DNA from: Vitrella brassicaformis CCMP3155
Taxonomy: Eukaryota > Protista > Chromerida
Length of the DNA: 64,000 nucleotides
Direction of reading: 5' to 3'
Assembly: GCA_001179505.1 (NCBI GenBank)
Contig: CDMY01000274.1
Location: forward strand, 1 to 64,000
Shown here: positions 36,416-49,600 of the stretch, in pieces
Layout of the letters: every line of letters starts with the position of its first letter
Position numbering within the stretch: the first letter of the stretch is position 1
Translations under genes and position numbers: made by a program
The notes under the pieces: generated by a model
Databases searched by the model: none
Told to the model about the DNA's origin: nothing
What the model saw: the letters and a program-made list of their open reading frames with translations, nothing else

Positions 36416-39400
36416 ATGGGGGAACAGAGGTCTCGAAACGCCTCAACTTTGAGCTCGCAAGATCGCTCTCCGCGAGAAGGTGCGGATATGGGCACGTCGG
36501 GAAGAGGCGCAGACAGCGGCGGTGAATGGGTAGCGGCGTCGGAGCTAGATCGTGTGCTGGCAGACTACGAGACCCTCCGGGCGCAGACCTCCCAGCACGT
36601 TGAGGACCTCAGGAGGCGCCAGAACGCCCTCCTGGAGGCCGCATGGGCCGACTGCGAACAGCTCAAGCAAACTCTGCAAGGTGCACTCATCAACCGACCA
36701 AACCCGCACAGGCGATGAATGTCATCTATGCGTCTGTGTGTTTGTGTGCATGTGTCGTGGCAGATGAGCGCATTGCCGCGGAGAGCAAGGCGGCCCTCAT
36801 CGAGTCGCTGCGCCACGAGATCATGCGGCTGCGGACGACCACCCGAGATCTGCATATGGAGGGCAGTGGCAGCCCTTCACCACGACCATCACGCCCAGCA
36901 GCTGCACGAGCGCGAAGCCTCTCGCCGTCAGAGAGGCGGCGCGGCGTTGGGGTGGTGGGTGAGGAGAGGGACTATGAGCAGATGAAGGAGGACCTGTCGG
37001 CCATGATCCGGCTGAATGGCGAGTGGATGGGGAAGCTGCTGCGGCTGGGCGCCGTGGTGCAGTGCTACCAGCAGTGGACGCAGGACATCAGGTGAATGAA
37101 AACTCGCGGGATGGATGGATGGATTCATGGATGGATGGATGGATGGATGGATCTGTGAATTAATGTGTGTGCGTTGGTTTGTTGGTTTGGTTCTCGACCA
37201 GGCAGCAGGTGTGGTCTCTCCACTGCCTCCTCACCCAGCAGGCGTCCATCTTCACCCACCCAGATGATGGCGAAGACGACGACGATGAAGGACCAGACCT
37301 TAGCGGCTCCCCCCCGCGCCCTTCCTCGCCATGTCGGTCGGCCCCCCTCCCCTCCTCACCTGTGTCCATCTTGCCGCTCGCCGAGCCATCACGCTCACTC
37401 TCCCCCTCTATGGAGAGGCCCCGAGCAGCACAACGGCAAGGCGAGACGGAGAGGGAGAGGGAGAGGGAGAGGCGGGCATTCAATCCGCTGGAGGACCTCG
37501 AGCATCAGCCAGGTGGGTGGCGCGTCAAGGCGGATACGGTGTGATGACGTCACGTGTGGATGTGTGTGTGTGTGTGTGTGTGTAGATCCGACACCTGATG
37601 TTGCGAGGGGTGTGGCGGAGATCTTACACACCATTAGGGCATGCAGAGACGGTGGGGACTGCAGTGGGGAGGGGCAGTGGGGAGGATGCGCTCAACTTGA
37701 TGCACGCAGCGCTGGTTTGATTTGGTGTGTGGTGCTGTGCTGTGTCTTGTGTGTTGTGTGTCAGGTCTTCAGCGATTGGGTGAGAGGTACCAGGCGGCAT
37801 ATCTAGAGGCCACAGACAACTCACAAGTAAAGGCACACACACTACAAACCAACACCCAACACCTCATTGTGTGCCTGCCCTGCACAGGCCCATTCCAGAG
37901 CGTCAAACGCGCTCATGATGCACCACTGCCTCTCGCGCATCGTCGACAGACACACGGCCACCCATCGAAGAGATGCACTCGGGCGGCTGCTCGCCTGTCG
38001 CGACGCACACCGCACTCAGCAGAGGCGGCAGGCGCGCGACCACCGCAACACGGCCGCTGCCCTGCGGATGGCGCAGCGGGGCGTCATGAGGCGAGCCTGG
38101 CGCACCTGGATGGCCGCAAGGGCGACACACGGACGGCAGAGGGACGCTATGAGACGAATGGGTGAGCAGCCGACCACACGACGACGACACCGATCCACAC
38201 GCGCACAGGCACTGTGTGTTGTGTGTGTGCAGGTACATGGCTGTTGCATCGTCGCGTCACTCATGCCTTCTGCGTGTGGCGTTTGGCGGTGCTGCGGGTG
38301 GCACAGGGAGAGGGCGTCCAGGAGAGGGCCGCTGTGCGACGGACCGAGGGGATGCGGCTCGTCAGACACCTAGTGCGCAACAGAGAGGAGAGGACACTGC
38401 GGCTGGTGAGGGGACACAATGTCAGTCAGTCACAACTTGGCTAGGTAGGTACCAATTTATATGTTCATCGATCAGGCGTTCGAGCATTGGTTCCGCTGCA
38501 CCCTCCTGCAGAAGTTCGACAGGTAAGTCAAAAAAGTCAGCCACACACATACACAACACAACACAACACAAGGCATCACCTTCGCTCCACTCTCTCATCT
38601 CATTCCCCGTTCTGTGTCGTGTCAGGCTGTTCACGTCCTTCAGCGCCATCCGCCTCATCCACGCCATCACAAACGCCACCAAACGCGCCGCCGCACGCTC
38701 AGGCACCGCAGCCATCGACGCCATGCGCAGGAGGGCCGCAATGCACCGAGCAGCAGCCGCGACAGCTGAGGGGCAGATGGCCCGGGAGCAGCAGGCGGGC
38801 AGGGCGCATCTGCGGGCGGTGAAGGGCCGGGTGTTCCGGGCCTGGAGGCAAGTGTTTGTCGCGATAAGGAGGAGGCAGCGGGAGCAGTTGATGAGGATCG
38901 GTCGGTGAGAGAAGAAGTCAATCCGTTGACGCATTCATTTGGGGGCGTCGTGTGGTGTGTTGTGTGCGCAGGTGGTTTGTTGTGCCGGGCGGTTCTGCGC
39001 GGTGCCATTCATCGAATGGCTTCTGGTGCCCATAGAGTGGAGAGCGCGGAGTCCGCAGACCGCCTGCGGGCGGCGCGGCAGCGTGACGGTGCCCGGCTGC
39101 TGTTTGGGAGCATCCAGCGCATCCACCATGACACCGTCAGACAGGTGAGGTGACGCCAAAAGACATCTGTCTGTTCTCTTGTGTGTTGTGTGTGCTGTGT
39201 TGTCTGTCTGCTCATGATATGGTGCCTGACCTCTCCTGTCTGTGTCTTTATCGCAGATCCTTCAGCTCAGCAGACGTCAGCTACTCCGAGAGAAGAGAGC
39301 CAAAAGGTTCCCACACACATACACACATACACGATTCGCACCATCCCTCTCTCCCTCTCCCTCTGCCCCTGTCTCTTTGTCCCTCAGTCTCTCCGCCCTC

Positions 39401-40319
39401 CTTCACGCGGCCTACCTCTCCCGCACCCGCGCAGCCCTCCAAGCGCTCCACCTGCACATGTCGCGGCGCAGGAATGCATCCCTAGTCTCGATGGACCGCC
39501 GGATGAGCCTCACAGAGGGGCAGCGAGCGGCCAGGGCGTGGCGAGTGGCGGCGCTGAGGCGGGCCTTCGGTGGCTGGGTGGAGGCGGTGCACAGGGGCAG
39601 ACGGCAGAGAGACAAAATCCGCAAAATCGGTGGGAAAAAAACAGAGAGAGAGAGAGAGGTGGCGCGAGAGTGTGTGTTTGTGTGTGTGTGTGTGGTGCAG
39701 TTGGTGTGTTGTATCGGCGTGTTGTGCGTGACGGGTTCCGGCGATGGGTGGCGGCTGCTCGGTGCGTGGGGGCGCAGCGGGCTGGGCTGACGCGGCTGTG
39801 CCGGCAGACGCTCATACGGATGCACCAGTCGAGGATGGAACAGGTTATAGCAAATGGTGTCACAGACGTGCTCGAATGAATGCATATGTCTCTTCCTCCT
39901 ACGCAGGCCTTCACCGCCCTCAGGACACACGCGCAACGAGCCCATCTCAGCAACAGGTACCTACACTCATCCATCCATCCATCCATCCATTGTTTGGCCT
40001 CCCCCCTTCTGTCCATCCCGTCAGGCTCATCCGCATGGCCCGCACCACGTCAGCGTGTCGCCAGCTCGCCCACACCCTCACAGCCATCTCGCGGCACCGG
40101 CTGGTGGCCCCCGCATGGGCACACATCAAGACACACGTCATGGCGCACAGACGGGCGCACCGGGCGGCGGGGAAGCACCGTGTTCGTGTGGCGAAGCGGG
40201 CCGTGTGGTCGGCATGGCTGAGATACCTCTCCCTCACACACGCGCAGAAAGCCCAGCTGACACGATTGCGTACGCAGATATGGAGAGTGACACGCTTAGG
40301 TGTTTATGCGTCTCTGTTC

Positions 40320-40354
<35 letters not shown>

Positions 40355-41633
40355 TGTGTGTGCAGACAATGTCTGTGTGCGTCGGCTGCTGCGAGTGGGG
40401 ATGGGAGGCATGACGACGGCAGCACGTGCGCGTGAGGCGCAGGTGCTGCATGAGCACGTGGCCGTTGGGAGGAGGGCGCGTGGCGGGGAGAGGCTGGCCA
40501 ATTTGCTGCGGCAGCGCTACAGGACACGACTGCTGCAGGTGGGTGACCGAGGGCTCCAGACGGACCTGGACAGAATGGCTCGTTCGCTTGTTCCCTTTCT
40601 GTCCGCAGGCCATCTCTCAGTGGCAAGAAGCGTCCAGGTACCCATCCACACGCACACAAACCGCACACAGCCGTCCATCCACTTGTGTGTATGATACCAG
40701 GACTGCCCTCCACGCCCACACCGCCCGACTCGTCGACAGGGTGGCCCGCATGGGCGTCAACGTGAGCGGCCGGGTGGCCATGGACCGACAAAGGGCGCTC
40801 GCCCGCGAGACCTTCATCGCATGGCGGGACCACACTCGGCTCACTCGGCAGAGGAGACAGGCCCTCGAACGGCTGGGTGAGCCGACCATGCCAGCCTCGA
40901 CCTCTCCGTCTGACTGACTGGATGCACCCGTGAGTGGATGTGTTGTGTTGTGTTGTGTGCAGGTCGTGTGTGTCGCCGCGTGTTGCACCGGGCCTGGTGG
41001 GGCTTCCGTGCCAATGGGTACGGGTGTCTGGCGGGCCGGCTGACCTCTCGTGTCGCGGCCGTCCTGCACGAGGCGCAGGCCAAGGACACAATGGTGCGGC
41101 GGGGGATGGCTGTGAGGGCACTGTCGCAGGCAATCATGAGATGCAGACGGAATATCACACGAGCGGTGCGTGGGGTCGATATGCACACACTGCACTGCAC
41201 ACCGTACCCAGACAGGTGAGCGTGGGCAAGTGGTTGGTTGTGTGTGTGCGTGTGCCTCTCCTCAGAGTTTTGACGTCTGGTACACGCAGCGCCTCCGCAT
41301 CAGCATGCTCACGTAAGCCTAACTGCGGGCAGGACGGTCGAGAAATTGCCGTGTGGTGTGCCTGATTTGTCAAACAGGCAAGGCGAGTTGCTGGTGCGCC
41401 TGGGTGCGGACATGCAGACGTGGCAGCAGCGGGCCTCCGACGCAGAGAGGGCGCTGCAGGAGAGCCTCCCCATCGCACAGGCCATCCACTCTCTCGCACA
41501 GCCCACATTGCCGGCGGCAGATGATGATACTGATGGTGGTGGTGGACACATAGTAGCACTGCGTGAGGGGCGGCCTCCCTCGCCCCCTCCCCCGGCAGGC
41601 CGCCCAGGCGGCCGTGTAGAATACGTGCACTGA
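36416..41633 (+). CDS. Coiled-coil protein with Sfi1-like (centrin-binding-type) Trp repeats; multi-exon
   Basis: N-terminal coiled coil, then R/A/L-rich helical exons with periodic Trp motifs: MRRAWRTWMAAR, GRVFRAWRQVF, LRRAFGGWVEAV, VRDGFRRWVAA, KRAVWSAWLRYL, RETFIAWRDHT, VLHRAWWGFRA. Stop at 41631-41633. Confidence 0.5.
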
Positions 41634-41914
41634 GAGAGAGAGAGAGATTCTGTGTTGGGTGTGTCGATACGTGAGTGAGTGCGAGACAGCAAGACGCAAC
41701 CAACGCGCTGTTTTGGATAAAACTGCATGAGACGCAAGGAACTGCATGTACAGTGGATGCATCTCACGCAGGTCAGCTAACCCAGCTTGAAGCTCTTTTT
41801 TGAGGAAAGCAGCCGTGTTTTGGTGACGTCAAGGCTGCCTTTGTCGATAGAGGCTCATTTGATCCACCCGCCGTCACTCACCAGTCCGGCACTTCTTTCA
41901 TCTGGTGCGTGACG

Positions 41915-44159
41915 ATGGAAGGCGATGGCAAGCAGACGGCTCTTGTGATGCGCGAATCGGTCGGCCGCACTCACTGCATCGCTCTGTGCTGTCATCTGGC
42001 GCACATGCCCGTCTGTCTGTCTGTGATTGTTTGCTTCACTCACTCAGACGTTTGGCGTCGGCCTCGATGAGCTTCAGCGACGCATCGATGACATCCACAC
42101 ACACATCACACAGGTCACACACACACACAGACAGAGGAGGAGAGAGAGAGATGTTGCAGCCCGCTGTGTTGGTGTGGGTCATGTGTGCACATGTCAGATA
42201 TCACGTGAGGCCTCAGAGGTGCAGGAGCTCTTCAACACGACAATCGCAGCACAGGTCAACCACACGCCAGCACACGACAGCACAGCGCAACCCATCAAGC
42301 TGACGTCACTCTGTGCCTCATGATTGTGTGTCTGTGCGATTGGTTCAGACGCCTCTGGTCAGTCAGGATTGGCCTGGCGTGTTTGCGGCTCTCTCGTCGG
42401 CTGCCGAAGGTCTGCGTGTGATTCGAGAGGGCGTCAAGGGCACCTGTCGGCCCGTCGGCTGGGCAGCGCCGAAGAAATCGGCCAACATCGCCTCAGCTGA
42501 CGGACTACTGCCGCCCGATGTGGTGTGGCGTCGCGACATCTACCCGATGCTGTCAGTGTGTGAGGCTGTCTGCTCGGCCCGCCCCACCAGCAAGACATAC
42601 GGCACTCAGGTCGTCGACGAGACCTTCATGCTCGCGCGCATTGACAAAGACCTCGCCCGCCACTCGCTCACGNNNNNNNNNNNNNNNNNNNNNNNNNNNN
42701 NNNNNNNNNNNNNNNNNNNNNNNNNNNNNNNNNNNNNNNNNNNNNNNNNNNNNNNNNNNNNNNNNNNNNNNNNNNNNNNNNNNNNNNNNNNNNNNNNNNN
42801 NNNNNNNNNNNNNNNNNNNNNNNNNNNNNNNNNNNNNNNNNNNNNNNNNNNNNNNNNNNNNNNNNNNNNNNNNNNNNNNNNNNNNNNNNNNNNNNNNNNN
42901 NNNNNNNNNNNNNNNNNNNNNNNNNNNNNNNNNNNNNNNNNNNNNNNNNNNNNNNNNNNNNNNNNNNNNNNNCGCCCGCCACTCGCTCACGGGACTCATT
43001 GACATACAGCGGCCCACCACACCCACACCACCAGCAGCAGACACCGACCCCCTCCCCCCCTTCCCCGCCCCCCAGACACACACACAGCCCACCAGCGATC
43101 CCCCCACGCCAGCCGACCGTATCCGGCGGTTTCGCTATCTGTCGGCGTGCGCCTATGTGCTTGAGCAGGGAGGTGGGGTGTGGCAGGAGATGGCCGACTT
43201 CATTCGTGTGGCGGCCATCTACAAGCTGACGGGCGATGGTCTGCCTCTGGTGCTGTCGCCTCAGTGGATGGCCGACCACCTGGCCACCAAGGCGGCCTTC
43301 GATGAGCTGCCTCTCGCCCTGGCTATCTACAACACATTCGGACACTTGCTCAGCTACCAGGGGACCACCTTAGAGCTGCGGCGGGTGGATGACGATACCG
43401 ATGACAGCGATCAGGACAGCGACAGTGATGGCGACGATGAGGACATGGAGGGGGCAGGCAGTGATCAAGATGAGGACATGAACGAGCAGGGGGATGAGGA
43501 GGGATCTGACGAGGAGGGTGCAGAGGACCGCTCAGTCTGGAGCGAGCCAGAGGGGCAGCATGGCGCCGGAGAGGAGGTCGAGGGAGAGGCTGCGGGGGGC
43601 GACAGAGGGCAGCCTGGCGGTGGCGGTGGTGATGTGACGAGACAGCGCTACAGGATCGGCGATATGGACTTCACGACGGTCCCCCTCACTGACCTGCCCC
43701 CCACCCATCCCTGTCGTCGCACATACACCCCAGACGACCCGCCCATTGGCTGGATTTACTTTCTCTGCCGACCCTTCACGGCATTCATCGAGTGGATGGT
43801 CCTGGCGCAGTGGTGTCGTCAGGAAGGGCGTTGAGAAGAAGCGGGTGCTGTATGCTGATGTCGGCCTTGACGACACTCGCTATCTGTCCCTGCTGACGGA
43901 GCCCATCGAGGGCCACAAGACCATCGACCATATGGATCAGCAGGGACAAGGTAGCCGCCGGCGATACATCATCCTCAAGGGCACCGAGGCAACCGACACC
44001 ATTGTGGCCCACCTGTGGCTGGTCGATGGCTCCATCTACCTCTACACGACCGAGGCGCCGATTGAGGGCAACACGGCCATCGAGCGCTTCCCAGTTGCTG
44101 TGGCGGCCGCCCGACCTCTGCTGACCAAATATGGGCTGGAGCGGGCAGTTCTCGGATAG
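41915..44159 (+). pseudogene. Lineage-expanded F-box-like family, copy 2; +1 frameshift near 43828 (pseudogene or sequencing error)
   Basis: LLPPDVVWRRDIYPML..RIDKDLARHSLT|GLIDIQRP..YVLEQGGGVWQEMADFIRVAAIYKL. CAG GAA GGG CGT TGA stops the frame, while the homologous GVEKKRVLYADVG..YTTEAPIEGNTAIERFPVAVAAARPLLTKYGLERAVLG* continues in another frame to 44159. The start at 41915 is tentative. Confidence 0.7.
42673..42972. other. Assembly gap (300 N), probably spurious
   Basis: The 19-mer cgcccgccactcgctcacg is present on both sides of the gap. Confidence 0.9.
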
Positions 44160-45088
44160 ATGTCTCACATGACGATATGCTGGTGAGGCACATGGGGTCT
44201 GTGTGAGGGAGAGAGCACACGTGAGACGGCCATGCGATTTCATGTGTGCTGTGGTGAGTTAATTGCTGCAGGTGTTGGCGGATCTGGAGAGGGCAAGCCA
44301 TGGCATGCAGCTGATGGTACATGGCGGGCAGACGGAGTGTATGACTCGAACGTGTGATGGTCATGCGGATGGATGCGCGCGATAGAAGGTTTTGCTGTCG
44401 TGTCATGGTGGCCGTGCTGTCGTGCTTTTGTCGGCTGCACATGAGGCGACGAGGCAGGGGAGGCCAACAGAGACCTCGTGACTCGTGGTGGCTGACTGAC
44501 AGACAGATGCGTGTGTGTGGCTGACATGCCCACTCACTCTCGCCTATGTCAATTTTGAAGAGAGGCATTGATGTGTGGACACAAGCAGCAGATGGGATGG
44601 CACAAGGGTCTGTCTCTTAGTTACGTCCACACACACACACATCCATACACACACACATGGCTCTCTCTCTACAGCCAAAAAAGGCAGGCAGCCTCAATCA
44701 AGGGGACGGCTCATACGTGGCAGGCATTCATAGCGTCCGTCCATGGCATTCAGTCGTGACGGACAGACAGACAGACAAAAACGCTGAGTGCTCCCTAGCT
44801 GCGCTCATCTCATCCGGCCATCGGCAGGTAGACAGGTACACACACACCGATCAGTGAGTGAGAAATGAAATACTGACAGCATACACACCGCCCTACTATC
44901 CATCCATCCATCCATCGACCTTTTTTCTATCGGTCGGTCTCACTCACTTTACACACACCGTTTAATGCACCACACACCGCTTCCGTCTTAAACCCGAAAG
45001 CCGACAGTCAGCCACGCAGACAGCCACGCATTGGGAAGGGCGATGGGGCGATGGACGGGTGCTATGACATCATCGCTGGCTAGCGTGG

Positions 45089-46555
45089 TTAGTTGAAGAG
45101 CATCTTACGGATGGCGGGCTTGCAGTCTTCGACCACCAGCTTCAGGCGGGCGTCCTGCATGACCACACACACAGACACGCAGACCCACACAAATGCATTC
45201 ATGTGTGTATGCCCGTTCCCTCCGCTGGCTGGCTGACCAGTGTGTTGTCGACGACGATCTTGCCGCCGTGCGTCAGCAGCAGCACACCGCCAGCACTGAA
45301 TCAATGACATAGCGGAGCAGGATTCATCTGAGTGCTTCCCACCCTCCCTTGCCGACTGACTCACTGACTGACTGACCATGTCTTTCCCTCTATGGGCCCG
45401 CCAGTGGGTGCTGGAGGCAGGTATGTCTGCACACACACACATGGACGTGCCGGCCGTGCAGTGATTGTTGTGGGCTGTTCGTCCGTCCGGCACTCACCTT
45501 GGAGTCGAGTGTCAGGTTGACCTTCTTGCCGACCTTGGCCGTGTACTGCTCGGCCGCCTGCACGACAGAGACAACGACGACACGCACACACACACGACAT
45601 CCCAGGCATGAGATGCATCCATTTTGGTGTGTGTGTGTGTGTGTAGGTACCTTTTCCAGGACTTGGTGTGACTTGATGACGGCCTCGTCCTCTTTGCGGC
45701 ACCGAATCATCACAGTGTCCTCCAGCAAACGATACAATCCCTGAATGGATTGCAAACATGGGGGCACAGCTCACATGGGTGGATGAGTGGACACCATGCA
45801 GTGGCAATCAGCGTACGTACCTGGACGATGAGGCTGCTGAGGAGCGGCGCGTACGAGTCCTTGTTCTTGGATATGGACGCCAGCACGTCCTCCACCTCCT
45901 TGTTCAGGTTGTCCATGATCTGACACACCACCACAAGCAGCACTCGTGAAATCGCCATATGGGCTCGTGTGTGTGTCACCCATTTATCCACTCACCTTGG
46001 CCCTCGCATCCATGACCTTCATGCGCGCAGCACCCAACGCCTTGGACGACTTGCTGCACACACACACACACACAGACAGACGAAGAGGGGCCGCGTGCGC
46101 CTCCGTGTGTCTCTCTTTGCCCATGTGTGTTGTGTATGTGTGTACATTTTCTTGTCGACTTCGAGCTGTTTGAGTTTCTTGTCATAGTCCTCGATGATGC
46201 GTTTCTTCTCGAGCTGTACGGTCTTGCCCTTCTGGATGTTGAACTCCTCCTCGGCCTTGACCACAATCTCCTGCGCCTTCTCGTACGCCTCCTGCTCGAT
46301 GAACTTAATCATCTGCTCTATCTGACGCTGGGCCTCCGCGTCGTCCTACACACACACACACACACACACGCGTAGCACAACCACACACGCAGAAAAGGAG
46401 AGAGAAGGCGGTCGTCGCTGCTGGTGGCATTTTCACAGCTGCTTCGGGCAGTGAGTGTTGCTGGTGTGTCTGTCTGCTTTGTCTGTCCTCTGCATCTGCC
46501 ACTCTCTCCTCCAATGTGCGCCGTCCTGAGGTGGTTGCCTGATCTTTCGTACCAT
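45089..46555 (-). CDS. ATP6V1E: V-type proton ATPase subunit E; multi-exon, first exon is ATG only
   Basis: ATG|gtacg intron..ag|DDAEAQRQIEQMIKFIEQEAYEKAQEIVVKAEEEFNIQK, SSKALGAARMKVMDAR, YAPLLSSLIVQ|GLYRLLEDTVMIRCRKED, GGVLL..GKIVVDNTL|DARLKLVVEDCKPAIRKMLFN*. Confidence 0.93.
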
Positions 46556-46680
46556 GGTGTGAATCGAAGATGTGCTGAACGGGCTCAACGAAGGAGGGGA
46601 AACAGGTGACCCGGCTCACGATTTGCTTCTTGAGCACTCGGGGCGCGAGCTTTTCTTCTGTTCGGCCATCAGAATCCGCC

Positions 46681-49600
46681 ATGGGAGTTTCGGCTTCTTC
46701 CCACGAGCTGCCTGCTTCCTCAGCGTGCCTCGGAGCGCACGTGACTGGCCCCACAGCTTCTGGCCCTCTTTTGTCCGGCAGCGACCTCACCAGCCGCTAC
46801 TCTCTCTCTGTCAATGAGCCAACCGACTATGTCAACGAGGCCGCCGAGGCGCAGGCACGTGCGCTTGCACAAGGGCCCAGCAGCAGCAGCAGCAGAAGTA
46901 AGAGGCAGCGAACCGTCACTGTGGATGTTGGCGTGCGGAAGGTCTCGCTGCCCATGTGCGCCGAGGTGGTCTGCAAGCACGTTCAGGGCCTCATGCACGT
47001 CAGGCTGGCCAGCAGTGTCGTCAACAAGGTGGAGACTCTGCACGTGCCCGCGGCATCTGAAGCGGACGAACCATCCACTACGTCGCCGCACCAGCCAGTC
47101 TATCGGAAACGGCGGAGCTCGATCATTTCCATTGCAAACTCACTGCAGTCACTCGCTGCGGGTGCGCCGCCCAATCAGAGAGGCGTCACGGAGGGCGGTG
47201 GCGTCTCAGAGGAAAAGGCGTGGCTGTCTCGTCTCGGTTTCCTCGTTCGCCAGAGCGTCAGGAGCGACCCCCATGTTGAGCTGGATATCTTGTTCCCACA
47301 CTGCTCTGTGGCACTCTCGCCTTCATTGTTATCGGATGGCGAGCGTGCGGCACTTGCCAGGGGCTTTACAGCACGGAAGGACAAGAAGTCGTCGCAATAT
47401 GTCCGTCAAGTGGTTTTCGCCGCTCGATTCTGTGCCCAGCTACATTTGCCCAAGACACAGCAGCTGCAGCAGCCTCAGCCTCATGGAATGGTGCCCGGCT
47501 CGTCGTCGCCTGAAGCGCACGCCCCTCCCGTTGCCCCCTCTGGACGTCTGCTCCGCTCTGCCTCTTCCGTGACCGATTTCACCGACTCCCTTGCCCGCCT
47601 AGCTTACAGAAGACCGTCCACAGTGACGCAAACCAGCCAGGCGACCGACACGACAGACGCCACACATGACCCTATCGTCTACGTGCGCATGATACGAGAC
47701 GGCAGTGACCGGCAGGAGGACAGCAATGGGGTGGAAAGCATGCCTCTCTCGGCATTTCTGCAGCGGATCGAGAATTGGGCGGCCGCCTGTGGGCATCGGG
47801 CGTGGGAGGGGCTGGGAGAGAGCAGAAGAGCCCCGCGTGAGATGGAAGGAGTAGAGTGGAAGGCTAGTCTGCGGAAAGAGGTGGCCAGGTGGGAAGGCGG
47901 GCGGGAGGGAGATGACTACTGGGTGCCGCTTGTGCACTTGGATGCGCTCCTGCCAGCCGAGAGGCAACGGGTAGGTACATGACGGACGGAAACACTCTCC
48001 CCCTTGCATGCGATTACGTATGTATCTGTCGGCGTGTGCGCGTTACCCCAGCTGTACTACACCCAAGAGCTGCAGATCGCCAGGCGCACCAAGCGATGGA
48101 CACGTAAGTTGACATGTGCGTCATTTTCTGCAGCAAACAAGCAGCCTCTTATGCGGCCCATCTGACCAATACACATTGCAGGTGCACTGCGATGTCTCTC
48201 CCGCATCTTCGACGCCCAGACCACCCGGCCGACGTCACAGCAGCGTCAGGACCTCATAATGAGCTTCAACGCTCTCATACACACGACCAAGAGAAGGCTC
48301 CAGGGCGGACTCATATCGCAGGATGAGTTTCGACGACGCGTGCGTGGGATCAGCGAGAGGGTGCTGCAGCTGATTGACCAGTACCTGCTGCCGGACGATC
48401 GGCACGCCCTCGACATAGCCTACTCGCCGCCACACAAGAGAGACGTCCGTGAGACGTCCTGCGCACCAGATGTGAGCACAGGCATTGTCCCTCTCCCTTT
48501 GCTTGCAGGCGTTGGGTGAGGCGCTGGTCATGTGTCTCAAGGGCGATGTGTACTATCACCTGCTCAAGTACTGCTCCTCTCAGTCTGGTGCTGGGAAGAG
48601 AGCAAAGGACGGTGCGTCGCTTGTGGATGCCCCTTCTGCTGCCAGTGAGGAGCTCGAGACTCCGTCAGCAGAGTAAGTGAATCGGCAACACGCACATTCC
48701 TTTTTATTTGGCGGGAACGTCGAACCTTTCTTTTCACTTCTCTCTCCCTTTTAGCGTCCAAAACTTTTCGCGTTGGTATCTTCCCAGCCGGCACTGCCCT
48801 CCCTCTGGCAGCCTGCAGCGATCCACACCGACGCAAGACGCGTCATCAGTATCAGACACCGCTACACGAAGCCGGCAGAGGGCACGACGCCTCTTCAAGT
48901 AAGGGGCCGCATTGCAATGCATCGAGTGGTACAGAGACATGAAGCTGACTTCACCCCATTATCCTTTTCCCTCCAACAGATCTCGTTCTCATTCCATCGA
49001 TGAGGAGGGGGATTGGCTGCGGGAGGGGGAGCGGGCATACGGACGGGCACTGGAGGTGAGTGATGCATCACCCGTGCACACACAGAGAGGCAGACGAGAA
49101 GTTGTCCCGACGGTTTTTGCTGCAGGCGGCTCGCTCGTTAGATGTGGACGTCGTGGGTGAGGGCCCTCTCTCGCTGCATCTGCACTTCGTCTATAAGTGG
49201 GCCAGGCTGTTGGTCGATCTGAGAGCGGAGTACGCCAAAGCACTCGATGCCCTCCAAGACGCTCTGGTCAGCTATCGCCATGTGTTTTGCGTGTCCTGCG
49301 TTGTCGATGAAAATCTCTGCCATCAAATCAATGCAGATGACCATTCGTGCCAAAGAGTACACAGCCTCCCTGCCTCCACACCTGATCAAGGCCCTCACAC
49401 ACGCGTTCTACCCATCAGCAGGCCTAGCATCCCAGCAGCCGGCCCCGCCCATCGATCCGTGTCTCCACCTGCCCCCGTTCTCAAGGACAAGCACCACACA
49501 TCAGTCGTCGAGTGATGCCTCTGATGCGGCCTACCTCGTCCAATGTGATGCGGCGTTTGTCTATGGTGGGGGTGATGATGATGAGGGAGGCGAGAGCGAT

